This document shows positions 24,508 to 36,849 of a stretch of 64,000 nt of DNA, one piece after another. Where the stretch lies: contig JASCQW010000122.1 in the NCBI GenBank assembly GCA_030264375.1, positions 24,402,272 to 24,466,271 on the forward strand, written 5' to 3'. Numbering within the stretch: the stretch's first letter is position 1; the number at the start of each line of letters is the position of its first letter. Source of the stretch: Carcharhinus longimanus. Taxonomy: Eukaryota. Under the pieces are notes generated by a model. It searched no databases and had not been told where the DNA came from. It saw only the letters and a program-made list of their open reading frames with translations. Position numbers and translations under genes: made by a program.

Positions 24508-24862
24508 GCTTTTGCTACCAAATAAACCTGTTGGACTTTAACCTGGTGTTNNNNNNNNNNNNNNNNNNNNNNNNNNNNNNNNNNNNNNNNNNNNNNNNNN
24601 NNNNNNNNNNNNNNNNNNNNNNNNNNNNNNNNNNNNNNNNNNNNNNNNNNNNNNNNNNNNNNNNNNNNNNNNNNNNNNNNNNNNNNNNNNNNNNNNNNNN
24701 NNNNNNNNNNNNNNNNNNNNNNNNNNNNNNNNNNNNNNNNNNNNNNNNNNNNNNNNNNNNNNNNNNNNNNNNNNNNNNNNNNTGTTGGACTTTAACCTGG
24801 TGTTGTGTTGTGAGACTTATTACTGTGCTTATCCTAGTCCAGCACTAGCATCTCCACATCAT
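24474..24862 (+). mobile_element. ORF-less PLE terminal-repeat insertion starting at a hammerhead core, with 12-bp TSD
   Basis: TGCTGCTATCTT at 24462-24473 and 24863-24874; CTGATGA at 24476; 232-N internal gap. Confidence 0.8.
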
Positions 24863-25599
24863 TGCTGCTATCTTGCCAAACGAGTTGTACCTGTTTGAAT
24901 TCCGAGTTAAGGCAGCTTGATGCAACAAGCCCTGTGTTCGCAGGCGTGGAATTTGCACAATGCAATTTTATGATTGGAATTCCAGCCCTGAAGAAAGCAA
25001 CAACTGTGTGTCAGTCCAGCAACCGCTAAATAAACTCCCAAGTATTCCTTAGATGGCTTATTACAGATCGAGAGTGTTTTGTTGACCATGATGTTGCAAT
25101 GCACCCACAAAGATGAGTGAACAATTTTATTGTAGCTGGTTCTTGAGAAATTAGATCTAGTATCTTGATGTTATTTGATAGGTTCTTGTGTTTTTCTATC
25201 AGCACTATCCTTTGGTAGTTCAGCGATCAAGGAAATTACTTATCAATTCTGCAGTCTCTCAATTTGCGGATATTAGCACTTACAATTGGATGCCAAAGTC
25301 AAGAGTTTTCTTTGTCCTGTTGATGGCTGGGTGGCACGAGCAGGAGCTACCATATTAAATACAAACCTTCATTAAGCAACGAGTAATATTGATTTTGAGT
25401 TCAAAGATTTAATGAATCAGAACTAATGTGCCCAACTTAATTAGGTGAAAGGGTGCCATGTTCCTTTTCAAGCCTTGATTAATGGAAATAACCACAATCT
25501 GCCCCCAGTTCTGAACTTCTTTGCCCCTTTGGGGACAAAATGATGTCAATTGTAGCAATCCAGATGTTGCCGAGGCTGAGAATTGAAACTTGAAATACT

Positions 25600-25805
25600 T
25601 AATACGGTTGGAACATCTTGCATTCATTTTGATCACTAATAGCTCAAGAATTTTTCTGTGCAACGCGTAATATGGCAAAGGCACTGTGATATTGCTATTT
25701 AATTACAACATTATTAATGGGTCTGTTTTCACTTTCACCAGCAGAGCCAGCCAGGTCTCGGAAATCTGAAAGGGTTTGTGTTTTCACACAAATTTTCAGC
25801 TGGGG
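25600..25805. promoter_or_regulatory. Candidate conserved non-coding element
   Basis: Repeat-free; TTAATTAC, ATTATTAATGG, acgcgt CpGs; conservation not tested. Confidence 0.35.
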
Positions 25806-25892
25806 AAGTGGAGAATATTCTTTAATTCTTCAATCTTTTTTGAGAAAATAATGCTTGCTGTGTGTTCTAACTGCTGACTAGTTCAGTCAGCA

Positions 25893-26150
25893 GGTGGCAG
25901 GGGAGTTAGCACTGCTGCCTCAGTGCCAGGGACCTGGGTTCAATTCCCAGCTTGGGTCACTGTCTGTGTGGAGTTGGCATGTTCTCCCCCTGTCTGCATG
26001 GGTTTCTTTTGGGTGCTCCGGTTTCCTCCAACACTTTGAAAGACGTGCTGGTTAGGTGCATTGACCTGAACAGGTGCCAGAGTGAGGCAACTTGGGGAAT
26101 TTCATGGTAACTTCATTGCAGTGTTAATGTAAACTGACTTGTGACTAAAA
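25893..26150 (+). mobile_element. HE1-like V-SINE, tail B
   Basis: ttagcactgctgcctcagtgccagggacctgggttcaattccc...taacttcattgcagtgttaatgtaaactgacttgtgac. Confidence 0.85.
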
Positions 26151-26309
26151 GTTTTTCAGTTCAAGCATCTCAAATGGTTTGGGTTGACGTGCTTTGGCCC
26201 TACGTTCAACCTGTGTGAAGCACTGAGCTAACCACTAGCTTGACTTGTGTGCAGTGTATGAAAATTATGTCCAGTTCCTTCCTCTGGGTAAAGCTCAGAC
26301 TGCTACAGG

Positions 26310-26370
26310 GTGACTATGCAAATAGTCACTATGCAAATGCAAACTAGACTATGCAAATGCAAATAGTTTG
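26310..26370. repeat. Short direct/inverted micro-duplication containing four ATGCAAAT octamers
   Basis: ATGCAAAT at 26316, 26331, 26351 and 26357; hairpin gtgactat-GCAA-atagtcac at 26310-26329. Confidence 0.9.
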
Positions 26371-26574
26371 TTTCGCTAATGCGGAAGTAATTGAATGTGG
26401 TGTTCGGGCAGGCAGTCTTTGTATGTGGTTTGTGTTTTCGTTGCTTTTGCTAATGCAGAGGGCTGGCTGATTGGCAGATCCATCCACAAGTTGTGTCCCA
26501 TTTTCTCCATGGGATTGTTGTGTTTACTCCAAGTGACAGATGCTGGAGTATGATTCCTTTTAGATGCTGTCTGA

Positions 26575-27050
26575 AATTTGATTAATTGTTGCGTATTAGT
26601 ATACTATGAGAAGTATTGTTGCTTGCACGCTATATTGACAAAGTGCATGGTACATAGAAATGGAAAGAAGGTGCAGAATGTAGTGCTATGGTCGTCGGGT
26701 GTAGAGAAAGATCAACTTAATGCAAGGTAGGTCCATCCAAAAGTCTGGCAGCAGGGAAGAAGCTGAGTTGGTTGGTACATGACCACAAACTTTTTTGTTT
26801 TTCCCATTAAAGAGGGTGGAAGAGAACGTCCAGGATGCGTGGGGCCCCTAATTATGCTGGCTGCTTTTCTGAGGTAGCGGGAAGTGTCGACTGAGTCAGT
26901 GGGTGGTAGGCTGGTTTATGTGAAGGACTAAGATGCATTTACAACTTTGTAGTTTCTTGCAGTCTTGGTCAGAGCAGGAGCCATACCAAGCTGTGACGCA
27001 TCTGGAAAGGGTGCATTCTATGATGCATCTGTAAAAGTTGTTGAGAATGG
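26575..27050 (-). mobile_element. Rex1/Babar LINE 3' part
   Basis: gagccataccaagctgtga...tgcatctgtaaaagttg (minus strand NFYRCII...TAWYGS). Confidence 0.75.
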
Positions 27051-27772
27051 TACCTTTTGCTGGAGCGTTGCCCTNNNNNNNNNNNNNNNNNNNNNNACAT
27101 AGTCTGTGGAAAAACTAGGATAAGTATCTTAATATACATGGTTATTGCTTGGCTCATTCTCTTGTGTGCCTGTGGTATGATGACTGTTGCACTTGAAACA
27201 ATTAATTGAATGTGAAGTGCTGCTGGACACAAGGTAATGAAAGGCTCACCATAAAAGTTGCCTCTTTTTTCATCTATTTGCCCATCTGCTCTTGAACTAT
27301 TTCCAACAGCGATTATTTTTGAATGTGATCAAGCAAATGCTACATTTTAATGAGCATAAATTATTCAACTGACCACTACCAACTATTAACATGACGAGTT
27401 TAATATTTGAGTTGAAGTGTTTATCTTGTTTTAACCATAGGATTTTCTTGCCATATACCGTGTTTCACGATGCTCAAGACTGGTACCAGTAGTTGTCATG
27501 AATCTCCAAATATTGAATTTTAATTTGATTTAATAGTCCGAAAATTCAGGCAGATTAAACAAATTACAAAGGGATTCAGCACCTCCATAATGTTGTTGCC
27601 CAAGGTAATTCAGCAATGGAAAGTTCAGTGATCAGAGCTGAGGCAGCTCTTTTTTTAGAAATCTAGTGTAAATACATTGAGGCAACTTGTGATCTCTAAT
27701 CATGGATCAATGTCTATCTCAGGAAAGCTCTTAGCTTTGATGCATCACTTTTCACAGGCAAGAATTCCGTTG

Positions 27773-27835
27773 GGAAGTAACCCATTTGTGCAAATGTGGT
27801 AGTGGAAGTAACCCATTTGTGCAAATTGTGGTAGT
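27773..27835. repeat. 31-bp tandem duplication
   Basis: ggaagtaacccatttgtgcaaa(t)tgtggtagt x2. Confidence 0.9.
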
Positions 27836-28299
27836 GAGACGCCAAGCCCCATCTATAGCCAAGCTGAAGAGCTCATTTCAGTGAGTTTCTCAGTGGCTGA
27901 TCAATTTGGCCTCAAGCTCTGCCAGACCTCTCCCAGTACTTGGCCAAACCCACCATGCTGTAACAAAAAACTCAGGCTTAGTTCTCCATTGCTAACTATC
28001 CCCTCAAACATTTTCCCCCCCCCCCTTTGTTCTCTTCACCTTTGGCTCCAACATGAGATCTTCATCAATTTTTCTTATGAACAAGATCAGAGACTATCCA
28101 GTAAGCTGCTGCCCCTGCCCATCAACTCACTCATATTCTGCAATGCTTTCAACTAAGGCCACATGACATTTGCTATTATATTTTCCCTCCTTAGTCCCTC
28201 ATCCAATGTTTCTCATGCATTGCACAACTCAGTTTAATTTTGCTTATTACATGTCCTGGGCACCTTCATCGGTGACCTTGAGTCCTGGTGCCCCTGAAG

Positions 28300-28491
28300 A
28301 CATCTCTCCTTACCNNNNNNNNNNNNNNNNNNNNNNNNNNNNNNNNNNNNNNNNNNNNNNNNNNNNNNNNNNNNNNNNNNNNNNNNNNNNNNNNNNNNNN
28401 NNNNNNNNNNNNNNCCTTACCTCCTCCACCTCCACATCTCTCCTTACCTCCTCCACCTCCACATCTCTCCTTACCTCCTCCACCTCCACAT
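28300..28491. repeat. 27-bp pyrimidine-rich minisatellite (ccttacctcctccacctccacatctct)n spanning an N gap
   Basis: About 3 units after the gap and a partial unit before it. Confidence 0.9.
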
Positions 28492-29399
28492 GGAAGAGGA
28501 ATTTTCTGAGGTGTCCCACTATATTTAGTTGATCTCACACAACCAATACATGGACTACGAAAGACAGTGTGTAGTTAGTGAAAAGGAATGCCATTTGCTT
28601 TGCATGCATCAGGAGAAAGAAACAGCCAATGAGGGTTTGCTATCCTCCCAGCTAATATCGCAATAATGAAATTATTGTTCTGAACACTTGGATATCCTGC
28701 CCAGCCTTGTCAACCAGACTGAAGGGTCCAATTACAATATTACACATTAGTTTAGCCAATAACATTCCACCTGTCAACAGGAACAGAAGATCATTTAGCT
28801 CACTGCCCCTGTAGATTCCTCCCCATTACCTAGGGAACCTAACCCATGTCAATTCCAGTGTCCAAGGCCATAACTAACATCTGTGAATTTTAATTGGGAA
28901 AATGAGTCATTCTTTAGCTGAAGCTGGCCTCGTCAGCTTGGGAGAGTGCTCCAGTCTCATGACCGATGAACAAATCCACTCCCTTAATCAGAGTGATTTA
29001 GTCAGTTTAAACTTTGATTAAACTTGCTTTCGCATACCCAAAACAGATAAAAGAAACTGCCTTTTGTGTTCCATTATATTAAAGATTTTGGCCTGTCTGC
29101 CACTATTTCCCATCATGCTGCATTCAGAACAAAGTTGGCCAAGGCACACAATGTTGAAAATAGTTTAAACCTCTACTTACGACTCTACATTATATAATGT
29201 CTTTGCATATTTTGTTGCAGATACATTGTGAATTCTCAAATACATATAAGGCACTTGACAATTAGTTTAACCTAGTCTAATTATTACAGTAAAATTAAAA
29301 TGAAGGGCTTCATGCTAAGGATTTTATACTGCAACCATCCCCACACCCACCTACCACATCAACTCAGTGGTTTTACGTACCACCAATGTGCTGCTGACT

Positions 29400-30085
29400 C
29401 TTATCCTACCTCTGACTTTTCTGTTCCTCTGTCTTGTCATTCTGCTTTTCTGATATTTGATCTTAGATTGGCTGCAGCTCAACTTTGGATTTTTCCAATC
29501 TTATTTTCAACTCAACACACTTCCTGTTACTCCCTCCATTCATTTCTGTCTTCTGCCAGAGGTTGAACCAGATTGTTGCAACATGGCCATAATTCACAAT
29601 CCCATTCCATATTCTCTGATGACCTAATATCCACTGCCACCTCTAAAATAGCAGGTCTCTGTCCCCCCCATCAGCTGTTGAAGCCATACGTCCCTTCGTT
29701 ACTTGCAGCCACAAGTATCCCAATGCTCATGTCCTCTCTCTACTTCATTCTCCTGGTGTACACCTCAATTCATCCAAATTTTGCTGGATATCTAATGTCC
29801 TATTCTTCCTTCAGCTTATCATTTTCAATGTTTTTACTCCAGACCCCTCCCATCGTTTAAATTATCTTTTTGGAGGAGCTCATCAAGCAGCACGATCCTC
29901 CTCTGGGCACTCCATTCACCTGACTCTTGACCTATTTCTGTATTCATCCCAGTGTTGTAGATTGTGCCTTCAGCCACTGAGGCTCCACCCTCTGCAATTT
30001 ATCAATGCCCTCGGGCCACTCCAGTGCCTGTTCTGTTTTTAAACTCTCTGCTCCTCAAATCCACCTCGGACCAAGCTTTTCACTA
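29400..30085 (+). mobile_element. Old L2 LINE 3' part
   Basis: tgtgccttcagccactgaggctccaccctctgcaatt and ctcctcaaatccacctc...ccaagctttt resemble L2 ORF2 C-termini. Confidence 0.5.
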
Positions 30086-31477
30086 GACTTTCCAACTCCC
30101 ATTTAAAAACTTTAGGAGAAATATGGTTCCTTCTAGAAACTCGATGGCAATGTGCTTTGAAACAATGAACAGTTTTTTTGAGTTTTTTATAAGTATAATC
30201 ATGTTCCAAATTTAGAAATGTTATTGACAGTTTGAAATGAGCTAAGACTTGGCCACCTTTGTNNNNNNNNNNNNNNNNNNNNNNNNTTTATGAATAGTTA
30301 ACAAAATCCTGCATTGTGGTTTAATTTTGCACTACCGATCACTTTAGAGTTCATATGCTTCAAGAGAACAGTGTTTTGTGTTGCCTGCTTCAAAAGAATG
30401 AGTTATGATGAAGCATCAAACTGCCCGAGGATCAGCAGAAATGAGATTGCTTCTGGTGGCCACTTAATCTTCATGTAATGTGCAAATGTCCTTGGAACTA
30501 CAGAAGGACAGTTGGTTCATTCTCTTGCTGACAGATTGCTTGTCTTGACATGGTAACTTAGATCAAGGGCTTCTCTGAAATCCTGAAGCAAGCTTGACTA
30601 AAAGGATTTTTCTGTGAAAATCTTGCAGGCCAGCCAATTTAATTGAAAGCTTTTTGCCCACTGCCCTTGTGGTAAAATATTGTAAATTTGTCTTCAGAAA
30701 TGAATTGGAATTCTGAATCTTCTGCATTTGATCCAATATATAAAGGTGTTTTCAATTTGTTAATATGATTTAAGTTTTATCTTTCGGAGGAGTTGTTTTC
30801 TGCACCTCCTTGGGTGATATTTTCCAATCCAAGAAAACAATAGATTGGTTTCACATCTTGCCTTCACCTGCCCCATCAGGTATGCCCTTTATTATTACAG
30901 CCCCGAAGGAGAACCTTGCTTAAAAAGGTGAACATTGTTTGAGTTTACTAAAAACTGGGTGTGTTGAATGAAGCAAAACCAACTGTAAAATTATCACAAC
31001 TGTCATAAGCCATTACTGGAGAATGGGTTCACTAGCATTTTGTTCGGCAGCAAATTGTCCCTTCTATTATGGCCATTTTTTATAAATGGTACCTGTCTCT
31101 CTCCTTTGAATAGTTGAGATGAAGGACTGTGTATATTTTCACTGCTGCTTGAGCCATTCCTCCTTAACCCTATTACTGTGCTGACTTAGATTTATTGCAC
31201 TTAAATAGGAGTAATGCATTCTATTATTGATTTGTTGTGTCACTATTACCTGGAGGCCTTTTGAAAAATGACCGCTTTCNNNNNNNNNNCCAATTATTTT
31301 GGCTGCAAGCACAAGGATCTTGTAATTCCGAACTGGTTTCCTTGACCACCACAGCACTTGCGATGATGGAGTTACCATTAATTCAACCATCTCAAATGTG
31401 CCCATTTTCTCAATGTTATAGTTTTATCTCAACATTGATCAAGGAAAAATAACGCCAACTTCTGTTATTTTTAACAG

Positions 31478-31558
31478 CTACTGACTTGCTTCTGGCCTGG
31501 AACCCCATTTGCCTAGGTCTGGTGGAGGGAGTCATTGGAAAGATTCAGCTTCATACAG
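31478..31558 (+). CDS. Weak candidate 81-nt symmetric (phase 1) exon, TDLLLAWNPICLGLVEGVIGKIQLHT
   Basis: Acceptor ttctgttatttttaacag and donor CAG|gtaagg; one frame open; peptide not recognised; phase does not join directly to 3527. Confidence 0.25.
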
Positions 31559-31779
31559 GTAAGGTTTTACTCACTGAAGCTAAACAGTTTCACAGCAATC
31601 ATACAGAACCATCAGGTAGTACTGAGGCTTTGACCTTTTCCAATATAATATCAAAGATAGTGATTCATGATTTTTTTTTTATTATCTGGCCATCTTAAAA
31701 CATTATGCAAAGTTTGTTCCAAAGTAAAGGAGTAGTAGATGGATTTTTGTAAGATTTTGCAATATAATGAATATAATAT

Positions 31780-32120
31780 ATTATTTTGAGCAATTATTAG
31801 TTAAAACATTTAACTGTATCTTAATGTTGATGGAAAATATCAAATTTGCATGCAGTGGTAATTGCTTGGAATTTACTCCATTTTGTAATGCAGTTCTCCA
31901 TGTTGATTTAATATTGGAATAACAACTGTTGATTTTGAACTCATCTGTTGCATGTTCTGAGTTTTCACTGTTTCCATTAAGTTGATTAACTTGAAATGAA
32001 GTGAGTTGAGCTGCCACGGCATTTGTATGGGTTAACATTTGGCAATCCGATCACACTGTCAAATTCTCTACCAATAAATAATGGCCATCTTTTTGCCTTT
32101 TTTTACTTAAATGCACTTCC
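31780..32120. promoter_or_regulatory. Candidate conserved non-coding element
   Basis: Repeat-free; ATTTGCAT octamer, TGATTTAAT, TGATTAA, TGTCAA, AATAAATAATGG; conservation not tested. Confidence 0.4.
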
Positions 32121-32170
32121 CGTTGGGGAGATGACCTGTATGGATTTGGGTTCGGCTTCGTGTTTGTGTT

Positions 32171-32460
32171 CATAGAATCCTTAGTGTAGAAGGATGCCAT
32201 TCAGTCCATCAAGTCTGCACTGATTCTCCAACAGAGTATCTTACCCAAGCCCCATCCCTGAAGCATACACATCCATAAGAGACATTAATGCTCAACTTAG
32301 CGTGGTCAATCCATCTAACCTGCATATCTTTGGACTGTGGGAGGACCCAGAGGAAGCTCGGACAAACACGGAAGAATGTGCAGACTCTGTACAGTTGCCA
32401 AGGCTGGAGTAGAACCAGGTCCTTGGTGCTGTGAAGAAGTGATGCTTACCAATGTGTCAC
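32171..32460 (-). mobile_element. HE1-like V-SINE, tail A
   Basis: catagaatcc...ccatcaagtctgcac tail; atctttggactgtgggagg body. Confidence 0.8.
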
Positions 32461-33879
32461 TGCTGTATACAGTTAGCTTGTTGCAGGTGTAGCAATGATT
32501 TTCCAGCATTTCCTGGTTATGGAATGGGAAGAAGTAGTCACTGCCTGCTGCTGACTGAGGTCCACAATACGTGCACATGATTGTGTAATGCTGTTGTTCA
32601 ATAGGCTAGCTGTACAACTTGCAGCCATATAGCCACTTGAAGATGGCACTCGATGGCAGTTGGTGCCTATGGTATCAAACTTCAGAATGTATCCATATCT
32701 TAAGGGGAGGCACTGGGTGAGAGGCCAAGACCCATTCACTAGCTGCAACTTGTGTTTTAGGATTTGGCTAGGGACTCGTAACATTGTGTAATGTTGACAA
32801 AGTTTGAAATCCTGTCCAGTGCAACGTATATGGAATGCAGGAAGCGTTTATACAGTGCCACACAGCAGACTGAGCCAAGTTAATAACTGATGGAATAAGG
32901 AATCAGTAGCAACTTGGATTGAAGTGGTTGAAGTAGATGGCTTACTATCTCATTCCTGAGGGCAATTAAGGATGAGCAATAAATGCTGGCCTAGCCAGTG
33001 ATGCCCACATCCTCTCAGGTTGTGAAGGAGGTGGCTGAAATGCTAGTTGGTGCATTGGTTGTAATCTTCCAAATTTTGGAGAGGGCTTGGCAAGTTTGGC
33101 CTCCTCTCCTGGAAACAGGACTTTGGAATTTTCCCTTTTTTTCACAACCTCTGTCTCTACCAAAGCCAGGAAGAGAGCGTCAGCTTGGAAAATGTTGGGC
33201 AATAATGAGGCCAAGAGCAGGACACACAGCTTTGTGCCCACTAGCTGCTGCTGCCCAGCCCACTGATCGCTTGAAAGCACATGGTTACAAATGCATTTGA
33301 ACTTCATTGTGAAGAACTTCTTTGGGGCTGTTGGAAAATATTGTCACACTATTAGGTCTGGGTTTGGCAAAGCACATCAGAAAAGTCATGTCCTAACCAA
33401 ATGGGATGAAACTTTTTTATTCATGTCTTTCTCAATCCATACTGTTTTTATCTTAATGTGTCTTAGTTTTTAGATGGTCTGGGATTTGTTGCCTTGTTAG
33501 TGAATGAATGGGACTTGTGATCAGTTCCAGTCTTTTTAAGGATACGTTGCAGACCCACATTGCCTTGTTACACTGTGGGCCATTGGCAACTAGTGCATGC
33601 ACCATGCAGAATTTGCACTACAGTGAGCATTCCGTTAGCATGCACTTGAATTGCATCATTATAACAGAAAATCCTGCTAAAGTGTTTAATTTTTTTAAAA
33701 AATTGAGATTTTGTAGCTGGGATCATGAAAATCCTGAGGGTGTGGGGAGGGGAGAGAGGGAGAAATTATAGTGAATTAATACAAATCCTGCAGTGTTAGA
33801 ATTGCATAAAATGGCATCTATTAAAAATGAAGTGTAGCTCCGTAATTCCTGTCTGGACTCAATCCTACCCTTAGTTTCT

Positions 33880-34400
33880 TCACCTCAGTCTAATGGTGCC
33901 ACCTTCACAAACAGTGCTTCTGATATGTCTGGCACTTTCCTGAACCAAGGTTGTCTCTCCATCTGTCAGCGTTCTGCAGGGATCACTTTCTCACACACCC
34001 TGATCCACACTTCACCCCAGTTCTCCCTTCCCCTTCCCAAGGCACCTTCTATTGCAATTGTAGAAGGCGTTGGCACCTGCCTCTTTACTTCCTTGTTCCT
34101 CACCGTTCAGGGCTCCAAACACATCTTACACTCAGGTGAAGCAACAGTTCACTTCTTTTAAGTTGGTCACTTGTTCCTGAGTATTCTGCCATTCATAGGG
34201 CAGGTAAGTGTTATGTCCTAAACATGTATTGCCATCTCTCCGAGCTCCCACCTATCTCCTGACTTTCTATTTGCTACATGTATAATCTATCACGTTTCTC
34301 TAACTCAGAGTCATAGGGATTTGACATCAATTCTGTTTCTCTTCAGATGCTGCCAGACCTGCTGAATTTTTTTTTTTTTGCAGCATTTTCTGTTTGTTTT
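33880..34400 (+). mobile_element. Degenerate Penelope-like element fragment (second family)
   Basis: GTFYCNCRR...TVQGSKH...QVKQQFT linker; 3' cagatgctgccagacctgctgaa...cagcattttctgttt. Confidence 0.65.
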
Positions 34401-36159
34401 TGAGAATGGTATTCAGTCCACTTGCCAGCCAATCTCTTCTCATGCAGTATAAATTGTTGTTCCTGTTGAGATTGTGAGATCTTTTGAATTTGTCTTGATG
34501 AATGCAAGACAAAAAGCTTGAACGGCATGTCTTTCAGAATTCCAATTGAGAAGGTTTTATGAAACTGAAATGGGTTAAGGAACTAGACTAAGTAAAATGA
34601 AGGATGAGACTAAATTGGCAGTGATGCTCTCTTCTCTCGGTTGAGAGCTCAGAATCAGAGTGCAGAAGAGGCCCTTCAGACCACTGACACATGAAAGGCC
34701 CTGACCTGCCCCCTGTTCTGCAACACCAATGTAGGTTGAGAGGAAGGCAGTTGGAAGGGATTTGAGGGGATTTTTTTCAGTCTAGTGGGGATCTGATACA
34801 TGATGTCTGAAAGGCTGGTAGATGGTGTCTCTACTTAGGTCACACACCAAATGTTGGGAAGTGGGATTAGGCTGAAATGGCTCCTCACCAGCTAGCGTGG
34901 ATGCTGTGAACTGGATGGTAGCCTGTGGTGCTGTATATTTCTTTGACTTGGTGAATTGTACTTCAGTTGGTTCCTGACTTTTTGAGCCTTTTTTCAGTGA
35001 GGGAGGTTGTGGGGAAGGAAGGTGAAAGTGGCAACAGTGCCTTCAGCACAAAAGACCACTAGTTGGCATTAAATTGCCACTTGGTTATAGAAAGCAAAAG
35101 GTCACCTGTTCTTGGAAGTGTCACTCATATTGGGGGTGTTTTTCCTGAAGTTGAAATGTTTTCGCTGCAGGATATTGGGAATTTAACATGGGATATGACC
35201 TGTGTGGTGTTTATCGGTGACGAGTTAAAGATATTAGATTATTTCTTCACTAACACCTCCTCTTTGAAATATTGCCCATGAGAAAATATACGAAGGGAAG
35301 ACTCCATTGATCATCCAACAACTGATCCCAAGTTTTATTAGCTTTGGTACAATANNNNNNNNNNNNNNNNNNNNNNNNNNNNNNNNNNNNNNNNNNNNNN
35401 NNNNNNTAGCCTGTTGTATATCAGCCATCAGATACTTAGCTATTCTAATTCTATTTGCCAGCACTTGGTCTGTAGCTTTGTATGCTATGCTGTTTTTAAG
35501 CGCTCATTCCAAATGCTTCTTCCTATTTTAGTGAGTTTTGTTGACTTCCTTTGGATCAGCTTTTTAATATGAAAAGAATAGGCCTTTGTTCCAGTGGCCA
35601 CTTAGCGTGGTGAGGAATACAATGGAAAGAGAATATCTACATGGGAGTGTACTTGCTGCTGATTTGTCTTGTTCAGTATAGAAAATATGGTGACAGTTGT
35701 AATTGCACCCAACCATGTATCCTTATGAAGGTAAATCGTTATTTTGTAGCACCATCGTGAAACACAAGTCCAGAATTCTGTCTGTGTGGTTTAATGGAAT
35801 TTCAACACTGCTGCTGATTCTATGGAAACCATTGGGATCATTCATTTAAGAGTTCTGAACTGTTTGGAGAAACAAGTTATTTAGTAATTGGGTCCTTTTG
35901 GGTCGATGTACAGTGGTTGAGTGTTCGACCTCAATTGTAGCTGGATGTTTTTCAGGATGTTCCTGTAACCTTCCCTGAGGCACAGATGCACCTTTGCTAT
36001 CCATTTTTTTTAGTGGAAAGGGATTTAAAGGTTGATGGCTTGTTGTTTTGTTCGTTCTTAGGCTCCAGCTAGTCCAACGATTTACAAAAATGTAATGGAA
36101 GGAAATTTTAACCAGCTATTTTCTGATTAAAGAAAATTTGTTCTTAGTCCCAAAGGTGA

Positions 36160-36500
36160 TGACTTAGTGGTATTACTGCTGCACTAATCCAGAAATTACG
36201 GCGACTCAGGTTCAAATCCCACAGTGGCAGATGTGGAATTTGAATTCCACAAAAAAAATCTGCAATTTAGAATCTTGTGATGAACGTGAAACCATTGTCA
36301 ATTGTCATTTTTTTAAAAAAAAACCCATCTGCCTGCCCTTTAGGGAAGGAAATCTACTGTCCTTACCTGGTCTGACCTACGTGTGACTCCAAAGCCATAG
36401 CCCTCTGAAATGCCCAGCAAGTTACTAAATTCAGAGGCAACCAGAGATGGGCAACAAATGCTTGCCAGCCAGTGTCACCATGTCTCACAAATGACTGTAA
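36160..36500 (+). mobile_element. Third tRNA-derived SINE family
   Basis: tagtgg...ctaatccaga...ggttcaaatcccac B-box, tttagggaaggaaatct, gatgggcaacaaatgc tail; related fragments at 32958-33012 and 52165-52265. Confidence 0.7.
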
Positions 36501-36849
36501 AAACAGAGGTTGTGAGATGAGACACCAAATTATAGCTACTTGAGTAATGTGCCTTCACTTCCACCTCTACAGCAACCTTTTCATTTCCTATTGCACTTCC
36601 TAGTGATTTTTAAGTGGAATTTTTGGGTGGTTTCCCAATTTGTTTCAATTTTTGTCATTTTATTCATTTTCATTAACTGTTAAAGCATTTGATGTCTTTC
36701 TGTTATGTGCAAGTGCATGATTTGATCTTAGAAAAACAGTATTAAATGACTATAATATGAACAAATGGCAACTCCCATCCATGGGAGCATCATTATAAAT
36801 GACCTGAATTCCAGTTAATTCACTGTAAATCTGTAAATGACTTTCTTGC

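Noticed and set aside
28266-28538. Poly-Pro, Gly-rich and Glu/Val-rich ORFs
   Set aside because: Translations of the 27-bp minisatellite and N gap.
35677-35730. 54-nt exon-like segment (YRKYGDSCNCTQPCILMK)
   Set aside because: Modest splice signals and unrecognised peptide; such pseudo-exons are common in 64 kb.
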